In this document: one piece after another, positions 1 through 8,078 of the stretch
How positions within the stretch are numbered: position 1 is the stretch's first letter
Layout of the letters: each line of letters begins with the position of its first letter
Source: a virus
Strand: one strand, 5' to 3'
Length of the DNA stretch: 29,362 nucleotides
Virus record (IMG/VR): IMGVR_UViG_3300042460_000312
Position numbers and translations under genes: made by a program
Notes under the pieces: model-generated
What the model was told of the DNA's origin: nothing
Database searches by the model: none
What the model saw: only the letters and a program-made list of their open reading frames with translations

Positions 1-127
1 TTCATTTCCCTTAATTGTTGTTTAAGGGTTTTCGTTTTTTCGGTTACTTGGTCAAAGCCACTTTCTTTAACCTCAAGTTCAATTGTTCTTTTTTCAGCCA
101 TTATTTTTTATAATTATAAATTATTTG
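1..127. repeat. Exact copy of 29236..29362; head-to-tail overlap of a circular or terminally redundant genome
   Basis: Base-by-base comparison shows 1..127 identical to 29236..29362. Bases 1..101 re-encode the start codon and about 33 N-terminal codons of the 790-aa ORF. Confidence 0.95.
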
Positions 128-256
128 TCGCTTTGCTTTTTTCCAACCTTGTTTTATTGTTATGGCTAAATTATATTTTCCTTTTGCTATTTCTATATTT
201 TCAGATTGCCCGTAATGTTCGGACGCTTCTAAAAGTTGAATTATTAGTGCTATCAT
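101..256 (-). CDS. Hypothetical 51-aa protein between the fibre gene and the tape-measure-like gene (not in ORF track)
   Basis: Manual translation gives MIALIIQLLEASEHYGQSENIEIAKGKYNLAITIKQGWKKAKRQIIYNYKK. Its ATG overlaps the stop of the 197-aa ORF (TAATG) and its stop overlaps the ATG of the 790-aa ORF (TAATG). Confidence 0.4.
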   Translation of the reverse strand: MIALIIQLLEASEHYGQSENIEIAKGKYNLAITIKQGWKKAKRQIIYNYKK

Positions 257-849
257 TATCCTATACGATTAAAAGTTGCAATTACCGAAGGCGTGGCGGG
301 GTGTAATGGTTGTTCCGCTTCCGTTTGTAATTGTATTGTACTGACGGACGGCATCCACATAATTTCGACGTAATCGTTTTCGCTCATAGCTAAAACAAAG
401 TTCCACGAAGCCACTAAATAATGCGAATTATTCGCAATTGTTATTCTTGTGTTTGAGTTGTCTATATTAACCCCGTTCAAAGCAAACCAAATGTCAACGT
501 GTGCATTTGTTCCTCCCGCAGTTCTATAAAGTTGAGCGGAAAACTGAAGGTTAAATACTCCCGTTTGATTAGTTGTTATTTTGGTAAAATCTACGATCGA
601 ACAATCATTTGCTAAAGCATTATTTCGCAATCGCATAGGCGTTGGCGTATTCGCTAAAGTCGTTTGGTTTTCTATATCGTAAAACGAACCCGTAACATTG
701 CCGTTAAAAACTCCGTCTCTTATTAGATACCCTTTTATTTTCTTTGTTGTATAAATTTCACGCATTGCGTCAAACTCAGAAACACACGCTAAATCTTCAT
801 AATCTAAAGCGGTTGTTTTTTCTTCCATTTCACTAAATTTGATAGCCAT
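256..849 (-). CDS. Putative tail fibre / receptor-binding protein with a C1q/TNF-like C-terminal jelly-roll
   Basis: 197-aa ORF, last gene of the tail block. The C-terminal half (GVFNLQFSAQLY...HVDIWFALNGVNI...ASWNFVLAMSENDYVEIMW) has the strand pattern of C1q/BclA-type fibre heads. Confidence 0.45.
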   Translation of the reverse strand: MAIKFSEMEEKTTALDYEDLACVSEFDAMREIYTTKKIKGYLIRDGVFNGNVTGSFYDIENQTTLANTPTPMRLRNNALANDCSIVDFTKITTNQTGVFNLQFSAQLYRTAGGTNAHVDIWFALNGVNIDNSNTRITIANNSHYLVASWNFVLAMSENDYVEIMWMPSVSTIQLQTEAEQPLHPATPSVIATFNRIG

Positions 850-850
850 T

Positions 851-2971
851 TTATTCTATAATTAAATTAATACTTCCTTGTGTTTGCATTTGTATATCGT
901 CTTCCGTTATTATTCCGCCTTCTTCTGGTTCTGGAATAATTGGTATAAAATCATTAAGTAAATTAAATATTGTTTCGCCCGTTGTTAAATTAGTTTTAAA
1001 GTCGTTTATAATGTAACGCTTGTCCCTTATTATAAGCCTATCGTTTAATTGTAACGATGTTAAAATTGAAATAGGTAATACCGCCTTAACGTTTGTTAAT
1101 CGGTTCTTAGGGTCAAACAAATTAGCTAAATAATCAAAGTAATAAGTTGCGAATAAACTTTGTTGAATCGGTATACCTAAGTAAGTTGACGTTTCTGGCG
1201 AAAAGTTTAACGAGTAATCAACCCCCCCAACATTTGTGTCTTGTCCGAATATTTGAACTGAATTACAAATTGCCGTTCCCGTTGAATCTTTTATATAAAT
1301 TGGATTTGTTGCAACTACATCTTGTCCATAATATAAAATGCAAGGCTTTGGTATGTACGGAGCTAAAGCGCTATTAATAGCAAAACCAACTTGTAAATTT
1401 GTTCCCGTGTACTTACTAAACATTAAGTTTTCAAAAGGAACGTCTATATTTAATTCGCCTCCGTCGTAAGGGTAAGGTTGCTCCGTGTTTCCGTATTCTT
1501 TTAATCCAGTTTGTAAATAATATTTATTAGTAATGCTTTCGCTCGGTTGATATCTAAACGAAATCTTTTTGTAAAGTTTTACCCTTTCAATATCTATACT
1601 TGTTGAATCCGTAAAAGTTGTTATGTCAAAAACATTTCCCGAAGCATACCAATAATTTAAAGTCTCAACTAAAAATTCGTTTGGTGTATTTGTTCCAGTA
1701 CAAGTTAAATTGAATTCTTTGAGTAACCCCGAAAAGAAATCCGAAATTTTTAAGTCGGGTGCGTTTCTTTGTAAAGATGTTGTTGGGAATGTTGGAATAG
1801 GTGCAACGTTCCATTGCGCAAAAGCAAAAAACGATGGTGCTAATGCTCCGTAATAATAAGTGTACGTTAATTGAAAATCTAAAATTACAATTGCAGTTGC
1901 CCTTGCTTGAAAAAAGTAAGTGTTGTTTAATCCTAAAGTGTCGGGGGCAAAAACAACGGGAAAAGGTAAACCCGTTCCGTCGCCTAAAACCGAAGCAACT
2001 AAATTACCATTTGAATAAACATCAATATAAAAAGGAACTATTGTTGGTGTTAATAATTGTAAATCTACATTATGGTTTCCACCCGTTCCCGCATTTGTTG
2101 TTGCTAATATACTTATTGTGTTTGCTACGTTGTCAACAAAACTTGACATTGGAACGTTATTTGGGAAAACTTGCGAACCAAATTGTCCCGTAAAGTTTGT
2201 TATGTTTAACGTTTTTGGCGTTGACATTATTTCGAAGCGGTCTCGGTTTTTATACCACAAGTAAGCGTTTTTAAAATTGTCCGTAGCAAAGAAATTACTA
2301 CTAAAAGTTATTCCATAACGCAACTCTATTAAAGTAATAATTCTACTTAGTCGTAAAGCGGGAAATAATTCGCTTATATCTATCGCTCCTAATAAAGTAT
2401 CTATTTCACTTGCGGGAGTTGGAACAAACCAAGACGGAGTTGTTCCGTTTGCCGAACCCGTATTGTATTGCCAAAATTCTCCAGAACTTATTAGCGGGTA
2501 AGCTATGTCCGTAAATCCTAAAAGACCTTCAATATAAAATTGAATCGTCGGTAAATTTACGGCTTGGTCAACGCTTGAATAATCTAAGTCGCTTAACTTG
2601 TCTTCGCCAAATAAATCTTTTAAGCTCGTTAATTCGCCGTAAAAAGTAATCGTGTAATTCTCAACTTGCCCGTTCTTTACGTTTGACTTTTCTAACTGAA
2701 TTCGTCCACGTCTAAACGTTGTCATATCAATTTCAATATATCCGTCTTTTCGTTCTTGAAAGTTATAAGTGCCGTCTACGTCTGATTGGTAAAAGTGTTG
2801 GAATATTGCGTTGTTTCGTGTTGTTGCGGGAATCGTAAACGCTTGGGAAAAGTCCGTACTCGTTTTAGAAATATCCGCAATGTTTTGAACGCTCGAATTT
2901 ACTTCGATAGTTTCGTCGTTGAATAAATCTATTTGTTGCCCTTCAATAAAAACCCTTACTTCCCTTTTCAT
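851..2971 (-). CDS. Large tail structural protein (tail tip / baseplate class), 706 aa
   Basis: Largest ORF of the tail block. Its ATG overlaps the stop of the 372-aa ORF (TAATG). It is beta-rich and Asn/Thr-rich, with no catalytic motif recognised. Confidence 0.5.
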   Translation of the reverse strand: MKREVRVFIEGQQIDLFNDETIEVNSSVQNIADISKTSTDFSQAFTIPATTRNNAIFQHFYQSDVDGTYNFQERKDGYIEIDMTTFRRGRIQLEKSNVKNGQVENYTITFYGELTSLKDLFGEDKLSDLDYSSVDQAVNLPTIQFYIEGLLGFTDIAYPLISSGEFWQYNTGSANGTTPSWFVPTPASEIDTLLGAIDISELFPALRLSRIITLIELRYGITFSSNFFATDNFKNAYLWYKNRDRFEIMSTPKTLNITNFTGQFGSQVFPNNVPMSSFVDNVANTISILATTNAGTGGNHNVDLQLLTPTIVPFYIDVYSNGNLVASVLGDGTGLPFPVVFAPDTLGLNNTYFFQARATAIVILDFQLTYTYYYGALAPSFFAFAQWNVAPIPTFPTTSLQRNAPDLKISDFFSGLLKEFNLTCTGTNTPNEFLVETLNYWYASGNVFDITTFTDSTSIDIERVKLYKKISFRYQPSESITNKYYLQTGLKEYGNTEQPYPYDGGELNIDVPFENLMFSKYTGTNLQVGFAINSALAPYIPKPCILYYGQDVVATNPIYIKDSTGTAICNSVQIFGQDTNVGGVDYSLNFSPETSTYLGIPIQQSLFATYYFDYLANLFDPKNRLTNVKAVLPISILTSLQLNDRLIIRDKRYIINDFKTNLTTGETIFNLLNDFIPIIPEPEEGGIITEDDIQMQTQGSINLIIE

Positions 2972-4089
2972 TAAATTACATTATTGATTACGTCAAACGC
3001 CATTTCGAAATCCAAAGAATAATTTATTTTTTTGTTGTTTATATTCTTCTCTTTGTTAACGCTTTTCGTGTTTATTCTTATTGGTAATTTCGTATTTCCC
3101 TTCGTCCATAAAACCCGCTCACTTAATAAAAGTTGTTGCAAGTTTTCGTTAAAAGTTTCATCAACCCAACCCGAATTTATTTTATATTTTATATTTCCGT
3201 TGTTGTTAAAGATTTGTTTTTGTCCTTGCCTAACATCGTATTGCAAAGCGTCTATAGTCATCATAAAATTATAAGGCGTACTTTGAACTTCTAAATTTTC
3301 AAAACTTGCCTTAAAAAATGTTTCCCGTTGCCAACCCCCGTATTTATTTATAAAGTCCAAAACTATTGGTTCATATTTACACTCCGTAACGGGTCTAAAA
3401 TATCCAGTCCAAAAAGTAATCGCAAAAGGTGTTGGAGCGGTTGAAATTTTTACTTTTGCACCTTCAGAAATCATAGACGGAGGAACTCTAAATAAATCGA
3501 ACGCCCTTGAGCTTGTCGCTGAAAAATTAAATATTGTTCCCGTTTGTAAACCCGTATATTCAACAATAAAATTAACGGGTAAGTAAGCCGTAATTGTTCC
3601 CGCTAAACTTTCAGCAGTTGTTGGGTAAGCGGGGTCATAATAATAGTTGTAATCCATTTCTTCGGATAAAACAACCGCTTGTCCAAAAGAATAGTCGGGG
3701 TTAATTCCCGTTTCATAATAACCGAATCCGTCAAACGCTCGGTAAGTTGCGTTAAATTGCGCTACGTAATTACCGCCTATTAGATTGTAAGTATAAACAT
3801 CAACTAAAGTATATTCTTCGTAAGGTGTTAATTGTAAGTTAACGTTTGCGTTGTCGGGACTTGTCGGGTGCGTTATGTTTTCCCTTATGTAGGGACTTAA
3901 ATTGTAAAGCGTAATCGTGTTGTTTGAAGCGGGTATTAATTTACTTAACGTGTAAGTTGGTGTTGCAGGTGGCGACACGTTCGCCTTGTAAATAAATATT
4001 TCGACTTTTGAACCCGTTTGCGTTGGATCGTCAACTTCAATTATAAAAGGACTGCGAACGAAAATGTGGTCTTGATTAGGTAACGCCAT
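2971..4089 (-). CDS. Tail structural protein (distal tail / baseplate class), 372 aa
   Basis: ORF packed between a neck-like gene and the 706-aa tail gene. Function is inferred from position only. Confidence 0.4.
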   Translation of the reverse strand: MALPNQDHIFVRSPFIIEVDDPTQTGSKVEIFIYKANVSPPATPTYTLSKLIPASNNTITLYNLSPYIRENITHPTSPDNANVNLQLTPYEEYTLVDVYTYNLIGGNYVAQFNATYRAFDGFGYYETGINPDYSFGQAVVLSEEMDYNYYYDPAYPTTAESLAGTITAYLPVNFIVEYTGLQTGTIFNFSATSSRAFDLFRVPPSMISEGAKVKISTAPTPFAITFWTGYFRPVTECKYEPIVLDFINKYGGWQRETFFKASFENLEVQSTPYNFMMTIDALQYDVRQGQKQIFNNNGNIKYKINSGWVDETFNENLQQLLLSERVLWTKGNTKLPIRINTKSVNKEKNINNKKINYSLDFEMAFDVINNVI

Positions 4090-4091
4090 TG

Positions 4092-4634
4092 TTATATGTT
4101 TTTAAAATTTTCTTCCATTATTGTATTAAATGTTTCTTCGGCTTCTAAGCCGTACGCTTCAATCATTTCGTCGGGTAAATTCTTAAATGCTTTTTCGAAA
4201 GGCGTGGTAAAAAATAAACTCCTTGATATACCTTGTCTAAAAACACTTTCACGAACTGCAAAAGGACTTAACCCTTTTGAATTTGCCCATTGTTTAAAAT
4301 GCTTAACGCTTGGTTTGTTTCCTACCTTAAAACTAAAAGGACTGCCTTTACCTTTTTGTTTCCACATTTTGCCCTTGTTGTTCGTCTTTTTAAACTTGCT
4401 TGTTGTTGACCTTACGCCACCCGCCCCCATAACCCCTTGGTCTTGATAAAATCCGTATTCTTCCATATCAAAATACAAGCGCAAAGAATTTGGCATTACT
4501 TTTATTTCGCCTTTAATAGATTCGTATAATTTGCGGGTATGGTTCTTTTTTAACTTGCTTAAATTGCTTCTCGCTTGTTGTATAACGTAGTCCCTAAATT
4601 GCTCAAGAATTATTTGTTGTTCGGCTTTTTCCAT
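4092..4634 (-). CDS. HK97 gp10-like neck / tail-completion protein
   Basis: 180 aa. The N-terminal helix plus the EEYGFYQDQGVMG segment resemble the Y-x-x-x-x-E-x-G core of the HK97 gp10 family. Confidence 0.45.
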   Translation of the reverse strand: MEKAEQQIILEQFRDYVIQQARSNLSKLKKNHTRKLYESIKGEIKVMPNSLRLYFDMEEYGFYQDQGVMGAGGVRSTTSKFKKTNNKGKMWKQKGKGSPFSFKVGNKPSVKHFKQWANSKGLSPFAVRESVFRQGISRSLFFTTPFEKAFKNLPDEMIEAYGLEAEETFNTIMEENFKNI

Positions 4635-4635
4635 C

Positions 4636-5091
4636 TTAACAAATCGTCATTTCGTTTGGTACTAAAACATCGAACGTCATCGTCCAACCACTTAACAAGT
4701 TTTCGAATCGTTCCGTAAAAGGTTCGCAAGTTGGGTTTCCGTCTATTTGGAAAAGGTCGTATGCTAAACTTCCGTGCAACATAATATCATAGGCTCGGTT
4801 TAAGATTGCTAACGTTGAGTTTAAAGCGTCTTGTGTGTTGTCGTTGCCTAAATAAACATTCGTGTTTTCACTCTTTGATATATCTACTAAATCCATTGCA
4901 ATTAAAGAAATATTAAATCTGAGCACATTAACCTCAAATGTACACGAATTCACCATAATGTGAACAAGTGGAAAAATAGTTTGTTTAGCTAAATCAACTT
5001 GGAAAATGTCCCCTTCGCTTACTGAGTTAACCAATGCGTCTGCGTCAAAGTGCGCTTTGAGTTTGTCTATTGCCGTGTAAAATCCTATCAT
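4636..5091 (-). CDS. Head-tail joining / tail-terminator-like protein, 151 aa
   Basis: Size, position and beta-rich pattern (IFPLVHIMV...FNISLIAMD) only. The ATG overlaps the stop of the -1 frame ORF (ATGA). Confidence 0.3.
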   Translation of the reverse strand: MIGFYTAIDKLKAHFDADALVNSVSEGDIFQVDLAKQTIFPLVHIMVNSCTFEVNVLRFNISLIAMDLVDISKSENTNVYLGNDNTQDALNSTLAILNRAYDIMLHGSLAYDLFQIDGNPTCEPFTERFENLLSGWTMTFDVLVPNEMTIC

Positions 5092-5360
5092 TTTAAATAC
5101 TTGTTAAGTTGTCGTTGTTCTATTTCGTTTTTTTGTTTCTCAAAAGTTAAGTAGGTCAAACATTTAAGTAGTCCCATTGCGGTAACTTCGTCAAATTTTG
5201 TGACATCGCCTTTAGCGAGTGCATAAATTGATTGATACCAACCCCATTGTTTTTGAAATTGTGTTGCTTCGCTAAAGTCTCCAATGCCTTCGGGTTCTTC
5301 GCTATCTCTTGTTCTAAATAAGCTATCGTACTTTGTAATAATTCGCTTCCTAAATTCCAA
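5088..5360 (-). CDS. -1 frame extension of the chaperone-like gene (predicted fusion product about 253 aa)
   Basis: It has no ATG and opens exactly in the T9 run. It overlaps the zero-frame ORF for 205 nt with both frames open. Its stop overlaps the next gene's ATG (ATGA at 5088..5091). Confidence 0.45.
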   Translation of the reverse strand: MEFRKRIITKYDSLFRTRDSEEPEGIGDFSEATQFQKQWGWYQSIYALAKGDVTKFDEVTAMGLLKCLTYLTFEKQKNEIEQRQLNKYLK

Positions 5361-5848
5361 AAAAAAACCGACGAACTTAACACAACTCCGAGCGGTGCGA
5401 ACTTCATTAAGTCGGAAAATTCAGCCGTGCCAGTATAGTTAATAATTTCGTGTCCGTCTTTTCGTTTTAACTTTATTGGTCGGTACATTACCGCCATTGC
5501 TTTATGGTAAGTGTCCCAACTTTTTAAATTTTCCTCAAGGTCTACATATTCGCCAAAACTAATATTTTGTAAGTCGGGAATAAATCCGAACTCCATATCT
5601 TTAATTTTAAATGTCGGTGTAAACTTCGGTGTATCTGAAAATAATTTATTAAAGTGCGCTACTAACTTTTGAACTTCGGTATATTTTATGTTTATAATTT
5701 CTTTTAGTTCTATATCGCAAAATATCTGAATCATTTTTTCCGCTAACATTTCGTTGTCGGTTGTTGTTTCTTTTACCTTAATAAACTTTTGGTATTGTCC
5801 TAAGGTAATTTCGTTTAAGTCTGTTGGTATGGTTAATTCTAATTTCAT
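5156..5848 (-). CDS. Tail-assembly-chaperone-like protein, zero-frame product (230 aa from ATG 5848)
   Basis: The ORF contains a T9 run at 5359..5367 (minus strand), where a second long ORF opens in the -1 frame. ATG 5848 is preferred over the track TTG at 5887 because the 57-aa ORF 5859..6032 occupies that stretch. Confidence 0.45.
   Translation of the reverse strand: MKLELTIPTDLNEITLGQYQKFIKVKETTTDNEMLAEKMIQIFCDIELKEIINIKYTEVQKLVAHFNKLFSDTPKFTPTFKIKDMEFGFIPDLQNISFGEYVDLEENLKSWDTYHKAMAVMYRPIKLKRKDGHEIINYTGTAEFSDLMKFAPLGVVLSSSVFFWNLGSELLQSTIAYLEQEIAKNPKALETLAKQHNFKNNGVGINQFMHSLKAMSQNLTKLPQWDYLNV
5360..5366 (-). other. Candidate -1 ribosomal slippery heptamer T_TTT_TTT
   Basis: The minus strand reads TCG GTT TTT TTT TGG in the zero frame. 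X_XXY_YYZ is satisfied by T TTT TTT, and the -1 frame continues TTG GAA TTT AGG. Confidence 0.5.
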
Positions 5849-5858
5849 ATTTATATAA

Positions 5859-6032
5859 TTAAGTTTTCGTTTTCTTGTTATATGCAACTGCTATTTCATA
5901 AGCGTATAAAAGCATTTCAAAATGTAATACAAACTTTCGTGAATCGCTCATATTTATTTTTACCCTTACGCCTTTGCGTTGGTAAATGTATTCTTCAACT
6001 ACGGCAATCATTACGTTTAAATCGTTTGTCAT
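5859..6032 (-). CDS. Hypothetical 57-aa protein (not in ORF track)
   Basis: Manual translation gives MTNDLNVMIAVVEEYIYQRKGVRVKINMSDSRKFVLHFEMLLYAYEIAVAYNKKTKT. Its ATG overlaps the terL stop (ATGA), and it fills the 141-bp apparent gap. Confidence 0.45.
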   Translation of the reverse strand: MTNDLNVMIAVVEEYIYQRKGVRVKINMSDSRKFVLHFEMLLYAYEIAVAYNKKTKT

Positions 6033-7234
6033 CTTATAAAATATAAACCTTTTGTTGGGTTGGCTAATTGGTACGATACTGCATAACGTAAAGCGTCTAT
6101 TGCGTGGTTATGTTTGTCTATTGGCGTTTTGCTTTTCTTTTCCAACCACGAATAGTTGTTTAGTTCTTTAATCAAATCAATACTATCTTCGGAAATTACC
6201 AAGTCGTAATCTTGTAATAAACTGATTCCGTATATTACGCTATCCGCCCCTTTGATCGTTGGAACTACATTATTTCCCAACGAATTTAGTTCGCTTATTA
6301 GCCTCGGTTCTGAGTTGTCACCAACTATTAAATCCTTTTCAGCAAACTCTGAATTCAATCGTGCAATTTGACTTGTCGTTAATGCTTGTTTGTAAAATAG
6401 TAACTTGACGTAAATAACTTTGTTTGCTTTGTCTATGTTTGTTTTAACTAAGGTTGTCGGGTCTGCACTAAAGCCGTAATCTTGTCCGTAAACGTTTGTT
6501 CCTATTTCTCTAAATTGTCCTATCTTCCAATTGGTAAATATTACACCTTCGGCTTTGTCAAGCCAACCACCTAATATTGTGTGCTTGTATTTTTCGGGTC
6601 TCCGTGTTTTTATAGCTTCGACTTGGTTTAAGAATGATTCCGATAAATTCTCAAGGTTATCTAAGTACGTCGTGTGAATGTAAGTGGTATCGTTTTTAAT
6701 TAGCGTTGCGCCTTGTTCTATTCCTTTGCTTTCAAAAAACTTGTCGTAAATAAAATGCTCCTTTGTCGTGGGGTTGAGAATTAATATAACTCGGTTTTGT
6801 TTTGTCTTGTGTCGAATTGATAAATCTATTTTATCAAAGGTGTCTTCGTCCGTTAGTTCTTCGGCTTCGTCAAGTACCCAAGTCGTAACACCTTGCAAAG
6901 ATTTAAGGTTTGCCGTTTGAGTTCCAGAACTTGTTTTAATTCCTTTGAATATTATTTTAGAACCCGTTTGTAAATTTATTATTTCGTCTTTTGTTACAAG
7001 AAAATTATCTTGCATATCCATAAGCTCAATTTTTTCGATGAACTCGGGAATGATTGAAATACCCGCACTCACTAAAGTATAACGAGTAAACAAGACAACG
7101 TGTCCGCTTTCCTTTGTAAGCAACAATAAGAACGTGGTAACGCTATACGACTTCGACGAACCACGCCCGCCCGTTACAATAAAGTAACGAGACTCACTAC
7201 CTAAATAATTAAACTTCGGGTTTAATACTATCAA
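6029..7234 (-). CDS. terL: Terminase large subunit (PBSX/XtmB-like family)
   Basis: Walker A GGRGSSKS about 20 aa from the N-terminus, Walker B VLDEAEE, and a C-terminal nuclease-type HAIDALRY motif. The only start upstream of Walker A is TTG at 7234..7232. Confidence 0.9.
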   Translation of the reverse strand: MIVLNPKFNYLGSESRYFIVTGGRGSSKSYSVTTFLLLLTKESGHVVLFTRYTLVSAGISIIPEFIEKIELMDMQDNFLVTKDEIINLQTGSKIIFKGIKTSSGTQTANLKSLQGVTTWVLDEAEELTDEDTFDKIDLSIRHKTKQNRVILILNPTTKEHFIYDKFFESKGIEQGATLIKNDTTYIHTTYLDNLENLSESFLNQVEAIKTRRPEKYKHTILGGWLDKAEGVIFTNWKIGQFREIGTNVYGQDYGFSADPTTLVKTNIDKANKVIYVKLLFYKQALTTSQIARLNSEFAEKDLIVGDNSEPRLISELNSLGNNVVPTIKGADSVIYGISLLQDYDLVISEDSIDLIKELNNYSWLEKKSKTPIDKHNHAIDALRYAVSYQLANPTKGLYFIR

Positions 7235-7553
7235 TTTTAAAAAGGTCTTTTACGTCAAAGTCTGAGACGTTTAGGTTTGTATCGGTTGTTTGTTTAGGCG
7301 CTCCAAATGCGCTATCCATTACCGCCTTGTATGCGTTTACGTCTCCTTTACTTGCTTTGTTTAACATCGCTAACGTAATCATTTCTTCTTGTGTTAATGA
7401 TTCTATTTCGCCCGTTAGAACGTTCTTATGTTTAGTAATCAAATCTAAATATTGTCGTGCTATCGTACTGCGGTTCTTTGAACCTTTTGGTCTTCCGTTT
7501 GGATTAGTAACTTCGCCTTTTTTAAAAGATTTTAAGTTTTCTTCGTTTGCCAT
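7209..7553 (-). CDS. terS: Putative terminase small subunit
   Basis: 114 aa, immediately upstream of and overlapping terL. It has the N-terminal NPNGRPKGSKN motif common in small-terminase-like proteins. Confidence 0.5.
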   Translation of the reverse strand: MANEENLKSFKKGEVTNPNGRPKGSKNRSTIARQYLDLITKHKNVLTGEIESLTQEEMITLAMLNKASKGDVNAYKAVMDSAFGAPKQTTDTNLNVSDFDVKDLFKIDSIKPEV

Positions 7554-7555
7554 TT

Positions 7556-7577
7556 TTCACTATTGTTTCACTATTGT
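7556..7577. repeat. Tandem 11-bp repeat TTCACTATTGT x2 abutting the terS start codon
   Basis: 7556..7566 and 7567..7577 are identical. The minus strand reads ACAATAGTGAA ACAATAGTGAA AAATG. Confidence 0.85.
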
Positions 7578-7694
7578 TTTACTTTCAGATTGCATTTTTC
7601 TTTTTAACTTTTTTAATTCTTTTGTAATTATTAAATGGTGCATATTTGTTTTTATCCATTCTTCGGTTACAACCTTTTTATTTAAGTAAGCCAT
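7560..7694 (-). CDS. Hypothetical 44-aa basic protein (not in ORF track)
   Basis: Manual translation gives MAYLNKKVVTEEWIKTNMHHLIITKELKKLKRKMQSESKTIVKQ. It starts 4 nt after the upstream stop and ends 6 nt before the terS ATG. Confidence 0.35.
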   Translation of the reverse strand: MAYLNKKVVTEEWIKTNMHHLIITKELKKLKRKMQSESKTIVKQ

Positions 7695-7698
7695 TGCG

Positions 7699-8073
7699 TT
7701 ACTTAGTCTCATTTTCGTCTTTGTATTCGTTTACAACTTTGCTTAATCCGTTTACTACTTCTCGTAAACAACTTCCGCAAGATGTCGGTTGCCTTCTTTG
7801 GCTAAATACTCTATTGTAAATTTTAAGTAGTTCTCGTTGTTCGCTTGGAATTAAAACGTTCTTTGCTAAAACTTTGGTTGTTGTTAAATATTTGTATTCC
7901 GCCTGGGTCAAACATTTTGGTTTTAAGTAAGGAAATAGTTTATTTAATTTTTCCTTTCGTTGTTCACATCCGCAGTCTTCGCCTAATATCCATTTGGCTA
8001 CCTTTGCAATTTTAGTTACTTCTAAAACTTGTTCGATAGTGTCTCCTAATCCTATTGCTTTTTTCTTTGCCAT
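7699..8073 (-). CDS. Hypothetical 124-aa protein with two Cys pairs (CGC...CGSC)
   Basis: ATG at 8073 (MAKKKAIGLGDTIEQV) lies 5 nt after the sigma-factor stop, so the track start at 8157 is an in-gene extension. The motifs GEDCGCEQRK and SCGSC suggest metal binding. Confidence 0.6.
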   Translation of the reverse strand: MAKKKAIGLGDTIEQVLEVTKIAKVAKWILGEDCGCEQRKEKLNKLFPYLKPKCLTQAEYKYLTTTKVLAKNVLIPSEQRELLKIYNRVFSQRRQPTSCGSCLREVVNGLSKVVNEYKDENETK

Positions 8074-8078
8074 AATTT

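Noticed and set aside
1-101. A truncated second copy of the tape-measure-like gene at the left end
   Set aside because: It is the exact 127-bp overlap with the right end, so it is an artefact of linearising a circular or redundant contig and not a paralogue or pseudogene.
5849-5887. Upstream extensions proposed by the ORF track (also 8074..8157, 13389..13424, 14949..14969, 20037..20144)
   Set aside because: The extended starts are TTG or GTG codons, or lie inside the preceding gene or a small ORF. In each case a downstream ATG sits 1-6 nt after the upstream stop and gives a sensible N-terminus.
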